Source: the human T2T-CHM13v2.0 reference genome, Homo sapiens. Taken from it: DNA of 64,000 bases. The DNA lies in assembly GCF_009914755.1 (NCBI RefSeq), contig NC_060930.1. One strand, 5' to 3'. This document shows positions 1 through 13,717 of the stretch, in pieces (positions within the stretch are counted from its first letter, which is position 1; each line of letters opens with the position of its first letter). Made by a program: the position numbers and the translations under genes. The notes under the pieces were generated by a model. That model had not been told where the DNA came from. It saw only the letters and a list, made by a program, of their open reading frames with translations, and did not search any database.

Positions 1-829
1 GCATATGTGTGCACATATAATTGTAAAGATGTCTTTATAAGATACTTTCCATAATTAAATATAGGTGATTTGAATATTTATAAGACTTTAAAAATGTTTC
101 TGTAAATTGTATATTCTGAGCTTGCTAAATCCCTCTTTGACAAATCCTGAATGGGAGAGAGCCAATAACATTCTTTTCCTCTATCAAACCATTCTTACTC
201 TACATATTCTTCTTCTGCTTTCTAGCAGAAGAAGAAAAAAAAAGAATGAGGAGGAATAAGAAGAGGAGGAGGAAGGAAAGAAGAACAGAAACACAAAATC
301 TTACTGTGTCATTACATGACCTATGATTAATCTCTTCCATCTTATTTACATTTTGGATAAATAGGTGACTCTATTTTCTCAAAGTAAAAAGGAAGATATA
401 TTTACTTACTTGCCAATTATCTTATTGAAGTGTTAAAGTTTTATTTTTCTCTGGATTATTTTAAGATGTACTTACTATTAATTCATTTTATTGAAAGTTG
501 ACATGGTAAACTATATTTCCAGGACTATAGAAGATTCAAAGATGATAAAATATGTATGGCCTTTTCTTCACAGGCTTTAAAATCTAATGACAATTTCATA
601 AGCAACCATAAATTTGAACATTTTTGATATCTGTAACAATATAGTACTTTATGTAAATGGTTATAGCAAAAATAATGCCATAGTTCTATGAGGAAAGAAA
701 TTTTAAAATTCCTGATTCTTCTCCTTTAGAAATATGTACATATTTATCTATCTATGCATAGATACTATTTCTTGAAATATAGTTAAATCTATTATACTTC
801 CATCATATTAGGCTATATATGCATGCTTC

Positions 830-1155
830 TATATATATATTAATATATATGTTAACATACAGAATAAAAATAAATATATATGTTCTACTAGCAAATAATG
901 TATTTGCTCTATTATTTAATATAAATAGGTACATTGATATATATTATACACACATATATTAATATACATTGTATACAAATATGAATATATACATTATAAA
1001 CAAATGTATATATCTATATATACATTACATACAATGTATATACATACATATATACAAATGTGTATATAAATATATACATTATATACAGATATATACATTA
1101 ATATACATTATATACAAATACATACATTATAAATGAATGTATACATATATACATT
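830..1155. repeat. Degenerate AT-rich (TA)n / ATATACATT tandem repeat
   Basis: Reiterated atatacatt / tatacaaat units. Confidence 0.8.
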
Positions 1156-1589
1156 CTACTGGCAAATATTACATTCTGTCCATTCATAATGCCACCCATT
1201 ACTTCACTCAAGCATCCTAGATTATTGTATAATTGGACTTTATGCCAATAGTCATTCCTAATCTCTCCATGATACGAAGTTCAACATCTGCTTTTTTAGG
1301 TTCCAAATGATAGGACCTTTAACTACATTTCTAGCCTCATTTTATCTTCCTTTGTATTTTTAGTACATAATGTTATACATAGCAGTGTTCATTAAATGAA
1401 ATAATTCATAACAAATGAAATGATAAATCTTTTTCATGCATATGTATGGTTTTCAAGCAATAATAGTGAATAATTTGTTTTTCTCTTGCTCCTGAATTAT
1501 AAAAATTATGGTAGAAATGAACTAGCATTTTAAATACTTTTTTTATATCACAAAAATGACTGAATTCTTATTAAATTATGTGATTTTTA

Positions 1590-1760
1590 AACTCACAATA
1601 ATCTTGGAAATTAGACACAGCAAGAGTTAGTATTCTGACTTATAAAGGGGAAATTTTGTCTAAGATAGATAAAGGGGTTTGTGCAGGATTTCTCCCCTAG
1701 CAAATGATGAACTAGCACTGGAATTTAGGATTCCTGACCATCTGTGCTTTGTCTTTTTCC
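1590..1760 (-). mobile_element. MIR SINE fragment
   Basis: ctcacaataatctt...ggaaat...ctagcaaatgatgaactagcactggaatttaggattcctgac resembles the reverse complement of the MIR core. Confidence 0.55.
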
Positions 1761-1768
1761 ATTAGAGC

Positions 1769-1897
1769 TAGGATGAACATATGCCCCATTTTTTCCAGAA
1801 AATTTCACTTAATACATAGCATCTTGAATTGATAATTAATTGTGCCCTATTTCACTCTCCTGTCCTGGTTTAAACAATAAATTATAGGGCAACCATA
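1769..1897 (-). mobile_element. MER94-like hAT-Blackjack MITE
   Basis: ~130 bp with decayed TAGGGTGACCATA-type TIRs (taggatgaacatat ... atagggcaaccata) and internal tttcactctc..tgtcctggtttaaacaataaattata. Confidence 0.65.
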
Positions 1898-4800
1898 ACT
1901 ATAGCTCACAGTAAGAAATAAGAGAAAAATAGAAGTAGGCTATACCCAGGATAAGTAATTTTGATATCAAGGTTGATCAGATCATATTAACTTGTTACCA
2001 TCAAAATATGTCATTTTAATGATTCACAAGTTGGAAAACTTACCTTGTGAATATTGATCACTACTGTGATATAGATTCTTATTATTTTATCTTATTTGAA
2101 AACTACTAAATTGTCTATGAATGTTTCTGAGTGTTGTCTACACAAATTTAAGACACTACACTATGTGAAAATGAACCCATGGTAGTTCCAAACTACTCAG
2201 GTTTGACATGCCAGCCATCACATGAGATGAGAACAGAGAGTAACTTGCTTGATGGAAACTGAGTCAGATTGGGTGCTTAATCAGCCACTGATTAATCAGA
2301 ATGCAGGTCTGACTAGGAGAACCACAAATCAAAATGGGCATTAGGCTGTGTTCCCTATTAAATTAATAACTGACTATAAAGCCAAGTAACATTTCAAATT
2401 TCATTTGATTCCATAGATTTAAAATTGGTGGTATGACAACTGAACGTATTTTAAAACATGCCTTTTTTTTGAAGGCAATGTATTTCTCTGCAGAAATAAA
2501 CTCTTGACATTAATGATATTGACTCTTTCATCCAGTTTCAAAACTCTATTTTGTCAAGAAAGTTATAATTATTGATACTACTTGACAGCAAAGAGCAGAC
2601 TGCTTTAAATGCTCATCAACGTCTTTTCAAAATAGATCATTATTCTTCTAATTTATTTCCAAATAAGAAAAGAGCTGACAGAGGTTGAGATTTGTTCAAA
2701 TATTTCAATCCTAGAGTATGTATATATAATACATATGCGAGATGTGATGGGGTGTGTATGTGTGTGTGCATTTATGTGTGTGAATGGCACATAATCTTTC
2801 CAAATTACCTGGAGAAAATTGTATCTGACAATCCTATTACAGAATGCAAAAGACAGGAATGAAAAATCTATGGTCATACCTATTCACAAAATTGTTTAAG
2901 TCTAGTTTAAACAACATACTAACATCACTATTATTTCTATATAATCCCAATAACTATTTGGGCTTAAAATTTATACAATTCTATTTAGATAAATTCATAG
3001 TATGCTAGAAATGAAGATATTTCAAGGAGAATATAAGAACGGCAAGGTCTTTGTAGCATCACTGCATGTGACTGGACTAAAAATCCACCGTGAGCTTGCT
3101 GAGTAAATTGTTTCAGATTTGATCCCTTCAAGTGTTATTGAAGATTCTCCCACATATAATACCTTAATGTTACTCAATTCATTGTTCTAAGGTTGTTCTA
3201 AAATTGTTCTAAATTTCTGGCTATGCCGAAGTTCATTTCTAAAATAAAAGGTAATGCAGGCAGTTAACATTTTGATAAATACTACTTCATACTTTTGATC
3301 TCATTTCCTGTTTTTTATTACATTAGATTTTCTATCAAAAGAGGCCATTATAGTTTAGGGATAAATGCTTGACAACAGAGTGTGTATGTCAGGATATTTC
3401 AAACGGTGAAGAAATAATGTTTTTAACTACTTTAATTATGCTTCTTTCTTTCCTATTGGATTTGATAATCATGGCCAAATTATTCATTAATTACTTTTAC
3501 AGATAACCAAAAAAATGCCAAAAAGTGCTGTTTCTACTAAAATCTCTTAGCAGGAGGATCTTCATGTTTGGATTGTGCACAAAGGTATTTTCATTTGTTC
3601 AGAGCACTTAAACAAAATGGACAAAATGTGTATTTTTTAGAAAATTACCCATATATGACAGAGCATCACCAGTGACAAACACGTTATTGCTGAAGAGTAG
3701 ACGTATTTTGCATCTGCTTATGTCTTAATCTGATGTACTTTATTCAAGAAGCAGGAAGTGAGGGACAGAGTCCTGTAGTTGGCCTTAAAATCCTGCCCCA
3801 CAGGTCTGTGCCCCTTACACTTACTCACCAAGGCTTGGCCGTGGGTTTGTTATATTGAATCACTACTTAGAAACTTAGTTTCCTCCACCATTGGCCAATT
3901 TTCATGAATGTTGTCAATGATAGAATTTCTCGATTTTTCAGATATCTCAAATGGCTTTAAGCCCTGGATGTAACTCAATTAAAAATATTACTTTCAGTTA
4001 TGTTGTTATCTGTTCACATTTGAGCTGCTGATAACATCTGTTATTTGAGTTGTTAAAAAATAATTATTTGTTGATACTCTTTTCCATGCTATTTTACAGA
4101 AACGTGTAACTTGTTAAAAGTGTTAGTTCTATCTTTTTTCTCTGTAAAAAGTAGAATTCTAAGAAAAAAATTACAATAACCAACTAAGGTAAAGAATAAT
4201 TAAGTTTGCTTTTGTTTCTTTTATTTATAGGTATAGTGAGTTGGATTAATCTCACTCCTAAGTTGCACTATTATTAGTCTATGCAAGGTCTTTCTTTTTT
4301 ATTTGAAAAATAGTTTTAAAAATTTTAATTATTACCTTCTCAGCCCCATTGAGACCCATGCCCCCACTATCTTTACGTAATGAACCACTCTAACGTACAT
4401 TAGTGTATGTCCTTTATCATGGTTATATCCTCAAAGAATATATGCTGGTACTTTTAATATGCATCTTTGGTATTTTTAAATTTTAAATGTATATATTTGT
4501 TTTAGTTTTCACTCAATGTGATTATTAATTGTTAATTGTTTCTAATCCACAAGTTTTATACAGTACCTGCTCATCACATAGTATTTATTTCCTAGTGATG
4601 GAAACTTCATTGACTTCAACTTCCTGCTGTCAGAAACTATCCTTTAATAAGAGTCACCACACAGTGTTAATTCATTCCTAATCAATTTGTGGTGCCAGTT
4701 AATGTGTCAAAGTATCTGTCTGTCTATATTTGTCTATTATCTATCATCTATATATCATCTACATTGATCTGTTTTCCAAAGTCTTAATTACATTCTATTG

Positions 4801-5261
4801 ATTTTTTTTCTATTTAGCTCCACTTATTTTTACTAAAAATTTTAGTAGGATATTTAATATTGACTAATTCCTCTTTTTTCTTCTTTTTCAAAATTTGCTC
4901 TTCTATGGAAGTTTATTATGATATGTAAACTTTGGAATACATTTGCCAAGTAACTAAAAAAATCTGCTTTATTTTTAGCTTTCAGATTTATTGAGATAAA
5001 GTTGACATACAATAAACTTCACAAGTTTAAAATGTAAATTTGAAATTTTTAACATACGTATACATCAGCGAGAAAATACCACAGTGAAGATAGTGAGCAT
5101 ATCTATCCACTCCCAAAAGCTTCCTTGTATCCCTTGGTAATATGGACCACACACCTTTTCTCAATACTGCTCCTAATCATAGGCAACTACTGATCTGCTT
5201 TTTGTCAGTACAGATTAGTTTGCATTTTCTAAAATTTTATATAAATCAAATTGTATAGTGA

Positions 5262-5372
5262 GCCACAATTTAAAACTTATGAATTGTTAGTTTCTGAAAT
5301 TTTCCATTTAGTATTTGTGGACCACAGTTGACTGCAGGTAACCATGTAACAGCAGATAAAGGAACATTACTG
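5262..5372 (-). mobile_element. MER44/Tigger7 terminal fragment
   Basis: cacaatttaaaacttatgaattgttagtttctgaaattttccattt...gttgactgcaggtaac...gataaagg..tactg matches the MER44 terminus. Confidence 0.75.
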
Positions 5373-5844
5373 TGTGTACTCAATTTGTGCTCCTTTTTGT
5401 CTTTCTTTTTTCATTTTGCTTAAATATTTTAGATTTATCTATGCTACTTTATCTTAGTCTATGACTTGTCTTTTGATCCTCTTAAAAGTGGCTCTGGAAT
5501 AGCGGAATCACTCAAGTTTAATGAAACCTGATTTATGTAGGGTTTTTTTGCTGTTTCGGATTGTGTTTTTGTTGTCTTATTTAGGAAATATTTGCCATAT
5601 TCAAACCCACAACAATTTCCTGCTATATTTTCTTCTAGAAGTTTTATAGGGTTAGGCTTAAAAATGGTTCTAAGATTCATTTTGAGTTAATTTTTTGTAC
5701 ACGATAAAGGTATAGATGAAAGTTTTTGCTTAATTTTCCTTAATGTATAATGTTACATGACAGTATTTATTTTGAAAAGATTATCCTTTCTTCACTGAAT
5801 TTCCTTTGCATTTAGTTTAAATCACTTGAGCGTATATGTGTGAG

Positions 5845-6129
<285 letters not shown>

Positions 6130-7326
6130 GGGTTTTTCTTTAATCTGCTGCATTTTTCTATAACAATACTACACTGTCTTGTTGACTGTAGGTTTGTAAT
6201 AATTATTGAAGTCAGGTAGTATATATCCTTCAACTTTTTTTCTTTTTCAAAACTGTTTTCACTATTCTAGATATTTTGCATTTCTATGTAAACTTTAGAG
6301 TCAGCAAGCCAAATTCTATAAAAATACTTGCTGAAAATTTCATTGGAATGTCATTGAATTTATAGATCATTTGGGGAATAATTGACATCTTAAAAATTGA
6401 TAATTTTACTATATAAACAGACTGTATTTCATCATTAATGTTTAATTTCTCTTAGTAATACTTTTTTAGTTTTCAGTTTCCAGATCTTACACAAATTTTC
6501 CAGCTATCCTCAAGTATTTCATAATTTTGATGCTATTGTAAATGGTATTTTCAAAAACTTCACTTTTGTAGAAACACAATTGATTGTTAATAGTGATCTT
6601 GTATCCTGAGACATGTGTTAAGCTCTCTTATTAGTTCAAGAAGATTTTTCTTTTTTTTGTAGAGTAATATGTTGTCTATGGAAAAAAAAGGTTTTCCTCT
6701 TCCCCACCAATCCAAATGACTATATAAGTTTTTTGTGCCTTACTGTATTGACTGGAAACTTGACTAGGAATAGTAAGAAAAGATGTATTTTCCTTTTTTC
6801 CTATCAAAGGGGAAAACATTCATTTTTACATAATTAAGTATATTAGCTTCAGGTTGTTATAGGTAACTTATATCGGGTTGGGGAATTTTCCTTTCTTCTT
6901 TACTGAAATATTCTTTTTTAGTGTTTTAAAATCAGGAACAATAGCTCGATTTATCTTATACTTTTTAGAAATCTATTGGGATGATCATTTGTGTATATGA
7001 TGAATGATATTCTTTTTTATTCTAATGTTAAAGCAACCTTGTATTCCTGAGATAAACTCAAATTGGTCTTTTTTTTGTATAGTGTTGAATCTACTTGTTA
7101 ACATTTTCTGAAAACCTTTTACATCTATGTTCATGAGGGATATTGGTCTAAAGTTTGCTTCTGTTGTTTGCTAGTTCTGTTTTCGGTTATGTTTGTTTTA
7201 TATCATGTTAAGAATATTCTATCCTCAATTTTCTGGAATAGTTTATTTAAATTTTTTTTAATGTTTGGTAGAATTTATTATGATACTGTGATATCACCTG
7301 GGCATAGAGTTTTCTTTGTTGAAGGC

Positions 7327-7585
7327 TTTTTTTTTTTTTTTTTGATACGGAGGGTACACATGCAGGTCTGTTACATGGAAATATTGCTTGAAGCTGAAGT
7401 TTAGGGTAATGGTCCTATCACCTGGGTAGTGAGCATAGTACCCAACTACCTGTTGGTACTATGCCTCCTCCCTACCTCACCCCTCTGGTAGTCCACAGTG
7501 CCTATTGTTCCCATATTTACATCCAGGGGTGCTCAATGGTTAGTTTTCACTTAGAAGTAAGAACATGAGGTATTTGGTTTTCTGT
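7327..7585 (-). mobile_element. Older L1PA/L1PB 3' end
   Basis: Poly-T followed by gggtacacatgcagg..tgttacatgg...gtagtgagcatagtaccc...gaacatgaggtatttggttttctg. Confidence 0.85.
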
Positions 7586-8222
7586 TTTTAATGACAAGTT
7601 CTGTTTTTCATAACTACAGGATTACTTAGGTTATCCATATTATTTTTAGTGAGCTTTGGTAATTTGTGTCTTTCAAAGTATTTGTCCATTTATCTATGCT
7701 GTTGAACTTATTGGTTTAATGTTTTTTACAATGTTGCCTTATTAGTATTTTTAAAAATATATCTGTAAAATCTACAATGGTGTCACTTCTCGCATTCCTG
7801 CTACTGGTAATTTGTGTTTCTCTCTTTTGTTTCTGATCAATCTAGTTTAAGCCTGATAAATTTTACTGACATTTTGAAAGAGTCAGATTTAGATTTTCAT
7901 TGATTTTCTCTATATGTCTGTTTTCTAGTTAATCATTTTCCACTATAATCTATATTATGTCCTTTCTCTGCTTACTGTTGGTTTCATTTGTTTTTCTTTT
8001 TCTAATTCTTTTTTTTCTGATATCCTGACATTCTTTACCTCATATTATTTCCACTTCCAATAAAATATATAATTGAGCTGAATTTTGAAAAAATATAGAT
8101 ACTTCAGGATACTTCTAAATAGTGAGTGAGTGAAAGTCATTATTTGCCATAACATAACATAACATTCAATTAGTTAATCAAAAACCCAAATGCCCGCTAG
8201 GTGCCCAACACTGTTCCAGGCA

Positions 8223-8694
8223 TTCTTCTTCTTTATTTTTTTTTTTTTTTCATTTTACTTTAAGTTCCGGGATACATGTGCAGAACGTGCATGTTTGTTA
8301 CACAGGTATACATGTGCCATGGTGGTTTGCTGAACCTATCAACCTGTCATCTAGGTTTTAAGCACCACATGCATTAGGTATTTGTCCCAATGCTCTCCCT
8401 CTCCTTGTTCCCCACCCCCCGACAGGCCCCAGTATGTGATGTTCCCCTCCCTGTGTATATGTGTTCTCATTGCTCAACTCCCGCTTATGAATGAGAACAT
8501 GCGGTGTTTGGTTTTCTGTTCCTCTCTTAGTTTGCTGAGAATGAAGGTTTCCAGCTTCATCCATGTCCCTGCAAAGGACATGAACTCATTCTTTTTTATG
8601 ACTACATAGTATTCCATGGTTTATATGTGCCACATTTTCTTTATCCAGTCTATCATTGATGGGCATTTGGGTTGGTTCCAAGTCTTTGCCATTG
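8223..8694 (-). mobile_element. L1PA (about PA7/PA8) 3' end, 5'-truncated
   Basis: T tail followed by ttactttaagttccgggatacatgtgcagaacgtg...catgcattaggtatttgtcc...ccaagtctttgc. Confidence 0.93.
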
Positions 8695-9309
8695 AATACT
8701 TAAGTGGAAGTTGAAGTACTGGATTTGAATCTTTTCTTATCTTTTCCAGTCTGGTCGTGTAGTGCTACTGCTTCACATAGTGTTACTACTGTACCTAAAA
8801 CTGATATATTTTATATATTTTATTTTCATTTTCATTCAGATCAGAATGCTTTTAAATTTCTCTTTTGATTTTTTCCTTCACTTGTTATATGAAATTGTGC
8901 TATTTTCTAAGTAATCAATGATTTTCTAGCTATCTTTCTGTTAATTTGATTGCTAATTTAATTTTATCAGAAATTAATTTCAAAGTTTTTCGACTCTTTA
9001 CTTACAAGGCTTAATAGTTTTAATATATTTTATTAAAATGCATATAAGTTTGTTGAGAGTGGATACCTAAAAAAAAGTGAACTTATCTTGGAATGCTATT
9101 AATGTCTATCTCCTTCAGGTTTTGTCTAAGCCATTTAAAAGTTTTAAAGCTTTCTTCTTTATTCCTAGATATTTGATAATTTATATTATTATTTATATGA
9201 TACTAGCCCTATTGATATTTGATTATTACTATTTAGGGGAATTATTTTGATTTTATTGGTCTACCTTCTATCACAATGAGCTTGATTTTTTAAGCTAAAT
9301 GCCTGGATT

Positions 9310-9540
9310 ATGTGTGTGTGTATGTATGTGTGTGTATATATGTGTGTGTGTGTGTATATATATACATACTATATATATTATATATGTATGTAGTATATGT
9401 GCATGTATATATTATGTATATATTTATGTTATATATATGTATATATGTATATTATACATATTAGCATATACATACACAGTATATACACATATATGTATAT
9501 ATAATTATATACACATATGTGTGTATGTATGGATATATGT
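9310..9540. repeat. Compound (TG)n/(TA)n low-complexity repeat
   Basis: Direct inspection; source of ORF 9299..9625. Confidence 0.9.
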
Positions 9541-12500
9541 TTTTAGCTATTTTTATTGCATTTTAATTCTATTTAATGAGTCACTGAGAACATATTATCT
9601 GCTCTTGAGTGTTGCAATTTATTAATGCTTTCATTGTATTCTTTACAAGGTCTATTTTTGTTAAGTTTACTTATGCTATAAAATTATTTTTGGTTATTTT
9701 GGGTAATGTACATTAACATATTGAATACAATAATCAAATATTTGTACACTTCTTTATTGATTCCTTCATAATTATTCAGTCACTGAAAGAACAATGATAA
9801 AAAAAACTCTCATTACAATCCCACCTATTATCACAGATGTATTCATTTTTACCTATAATTTCATCAGTTGTTATTTATAAATATATAAAAAGGCTACATT
9901 TTTAGATATATATATAGATTTATACTTGTTATATTCTATTCATCTATGTTAAATATTGCATGGAATTTGACTTTATCCTTTATGATTTGTATACTTAAGT
10001 TCTATTTTTAATTATACAGTGGCTTGAATAGGATTCTTTGATTTTAATTGTCTTATTTAAATTGCAATGCTTTTATTTTTAAACTTTCTTTGTTCTTCTG
10101 ATTGTATCTCTTATAGATTTCAGAAACCTAGAATATTTTTTCTTATCCAATCTGAAGTTAGTGCCTTGATATAAGTTTAACTTAGTTGTATTAGCTTTAA
10201 TGACATTTGTGTTATGATTTACTACAGCTTTTCCATTTTATATTCATTTGTTTATCACAATTCCATTTATCCTATGTTTATTCATATATATGTATATTTA
10301 TATATGGGATAAATGGAATTGCACACATATACATATATGTGTGAATAAACATGGGACAAATGGAATGCGAGTGCGTATATACACGCACTCATGCTTATGT
10401 TTCTATTTTGCTATTTACTTCCTGGAATCATCTTGGAATCCTCTGGCTCACTGATATCACAACACCCAAAACACATATCATATTGATATTATATAAATTT
10501 CTTGATTGTAATAAACATACTACAATCATTTTAAAACTTTGTTTCTTATTTATGTTGATGGCATTAATCTTTAACAAATAATTTAGTGATTATTGTTATT
10601 CATATCCCAAATATATGACATATTGAAATTATTTTTTCTTTCTATAGTATATTGTTTATTAACAAAAGCTGTCCTTGCATGACAAAGGCTGTTTTATTTT
10701 GTCATTGCATATATCTGCCAGTTTGCTGGAAAAAATTAGACTACAATATTTTCTGTCAACTATTCAACAATATTATTCCTTTGACTTCTCACATCTAGAG
10801 TTGCTGTTGTGAAAACCAATAAGTATCTAATAATTGTTCCTTTTAATTGATATAATTTCCTTTTTAAGAGAATTCAGAACTTTCTGTATAGTGTAACTAG
10901 AAGTTAATTTTAAAAATTCTATAGTGCTTAGCAGTCTGAAAACTTTATAAATCTGATTTATAATATAATCATATTGACTAGGTATTAAAGTTTTATTTTT
11001 GTTAACTATATTTTCTTTTTTCTCTCTTATTAATTCCATCTATGTTTCTGTAGATTTGTATTCATGTAAGCTTTCTTTAATTTTAAGTGCACATTTATTT
11101 CTTTCATTATTTCAACTACCATATTTTATCATCTAGTATCACCAATGTATTTTATATTTGCATTTATATTTGTTCATACTCCGTTTTTGAGTTTTATTTA
11201 TTTGATTATATTTGTATGCTTATTTTATATTACATTCATATTTTTCATTAATTCTAATTTGCTACTCTTGTTCAGTATGCTGTCCTTTATAGTTCTTTAT
11301 GTCCCTTATATATCCATTTTTTTTCCTGTAAGTTCATTTTTTTTTTTTTTTGGAACCATTATCTACCTCAGATCATAATAACAAACTGAGGGGAGGGAGA
11401 AAAAGACTAGTTTCTGGTTTATACCTTATAAAGCTTTTAGGATGTTAGAGAGTGAGGTAGGGGATGCCTCAAAGTACAAATCTACTGCTTTTATGATCTG
11501 GTCTCATTTGTCCACACACCTCCTTATATTAAAATATAACATGTCCTTTTGAAAATGTTTCTATACCTCCACTTAAGGCCTGCTTAATTCTAAGATTTAT
11601 GTTTCAAAGTTAAAATTACTAAATCCATACAATGACCATATGATCACAGAGGGTCAGAAGCAATTCAATTCTTGGGAGTGAAAGCATCATATATACCTGT
11701 TGCTCATCCTTCATTCCGTCTGCCCTCTAGTGCAACATTGTTTTTGTTCTCACTTCTCGATACAAAGATCAGCTAATGTTATTTCAGCTCCTTAGAATCA
11801 GAGTATAATGTGCCTACTATGAAGGAGAGAAATGTATTTATATAGAATAGCTTTTCACATTATATTGTTATAGTTAAACTGCCCCCCCACCACCTTTCTC
11901 CAGTGCATTTTTTTTTTCTTTCTTTCTTTCTTTTGTCCACAGCAGGATCTATTCCTTTTGCATTTCCAGGAAATTATTAAGATTTTAATATTAATTTCTG
12001 GCATAAAAATATTTTTTAATTTGTGTAGGTGGCAGGAGAACAGTAGCCTATATTTATTAATACTCTTGTCAAGAAATAGCAGCTTCTCATGTACTTCTTT
12101 TTACATATTTTGTTACTCCTGAATTTTTAATCTTTTGGTTTATGTTTGTACTGACTAGAATAGAAGGATAATATTTCATATGTGCAGTATATATATTATG
12201 TATATTTATATAAGTATATATACACAATTCCCTCTAAGATATGTACATATATATGTGTATAGACATAATACACACATACAATCATATAATCTTATAAATA
12301 TTCACAATATGAGACTCTGTGAAAGAAGTTCTTTAAAATGCTGATCTTCAAATAAAAGATTAATATATAATCTATAAGTTGTGATCTTTATTTTGGCTAT
12401 ATATTTGGGACTTCTTATTTATAAATTAGCATAATTTTATTGATATTATACAATTTAAGTGAGTAAATGCCAGAGTCCAATCATTGAGCTCGGGATCTAT

Positions 12501-12792
12501 GCCTAAGTGTGATTCTTGGCCAAGAAGAACAATTGATGGTTGACTCAGTCTTATGCATAACCCTGAGGGAATAAATCTCTTTATTGGCCTTCCTATATAA
12601 ATCTTTCCATTTATATAACCTTTCCATAAAAATAAGCTTTATCTTTGGTATATTAAACACTTATCTTGTTCATTAATTTTTTCATTGAATCATTGTTTGG
12701 AATGCTTAAAGCATAACATTTAGTCCAGTAAATTTGCTTTTACGCCAAACCTCAAACGTAATCAGTGAAAATATATTTTATTTCTTATCCAA

Positions 12793-13193
12793 GTGTATTA
12801 TATTACTTTGGTATGGCTACTATAACAGAATATTATAGATTGGGTAACTGAAACAATAGATATTAAGTTTCTGTCAGTTTTGGAGGCTGGAAGTTCAAGA
12901 TCAAGGTGCTGACAGGGTTGGATTCTTCTAAAGCCTCTCTCTTTGGCCACCTTCTCTGTGGATGCATGTGGTCTCTCTTCTGCATGCACACGTGTCCCTA
13001 GTGTCTCATGTGTGTCCTGATTTCCTCTTATAAAGATTCAAGCTTAGTTAGATTAAGGTGCACTGCGATGGCCTTATTTTAACTTAATTACCTGTTTAAA
13101 GGCATCTATCTCCAAATACAAGCACATTCTCAGGTATTGAGGGTTAGGACGTCAACAAATGAATTTGAGGGGGATACAATTTAGCCCATAGCA
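12793..13193 (-). mobile_element. MLT1B-like MaLR solo LTR
   Basis: cagttttggaggctggaagttcaagatcaaggtg ... ggttaggacgtcaacaaatgaatttgagggggatacaatttagcccatagca. Confidence 0.85.
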
Positions 13194-13417
13194 CCAAGAA
13201 TTCTGCTCAGTAAATATTTTTCATAACATTAGTGCAGAAAAAAATATAACATTGTGTAATAAAAAATAAATACTTTCAAAAATTATTTAATTCTGTAGAA
13301 TAGAATCCCAGAGCAATTCAATGAAAATGAAGGAGGCTATCTTTTATTTCTTGGTACAATAGTTAGGAAATGTTAGTAGAAAGGGTATTTGATTTGAGAA
13401 AAGATGATAAACCTTTT

Positions 13418-13420
13418 ATA

Positions 13421-13453
<33 letters not shown>

Positions 13454-13717
13454 GAGACATACAGTGGAGTACAGTGGTGTGATGATAGCTCATTGCAGCC
13501 TGGATCTCCCAGGCATAAGCAATTCTGTCATCTCAACCTCTTGAGTAGCTGGACTACAGGCATACACCTCCACTCCTGGCTAATTTTTGTATTTTTTATA
13601 GAGACAGGGTTTCGCCATGTTGCCCAAGCTGGTTCCAAACAACTGGGCTCAAGTGATTCTCCTGCCTTGGCCTCCCAAAGTGCTGAGATTATAGGTGTGA
13701 GTCATTGCGCCTGGTCC
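13418..13717 (-). mobile_element. AluJ with (TA)n/T tail
   Basis: J-type diagnostics (atagctcattgcagcc, gttgccca, ctgggctcaagtgat); high divergence. Confidence 0.9.

Noticed and set aside
9299-9625. 108-aa Cys/Val/Tyr/Ile-rich ORF
   Set aside because: Translation of a (TG)n/(TA)n repeat.
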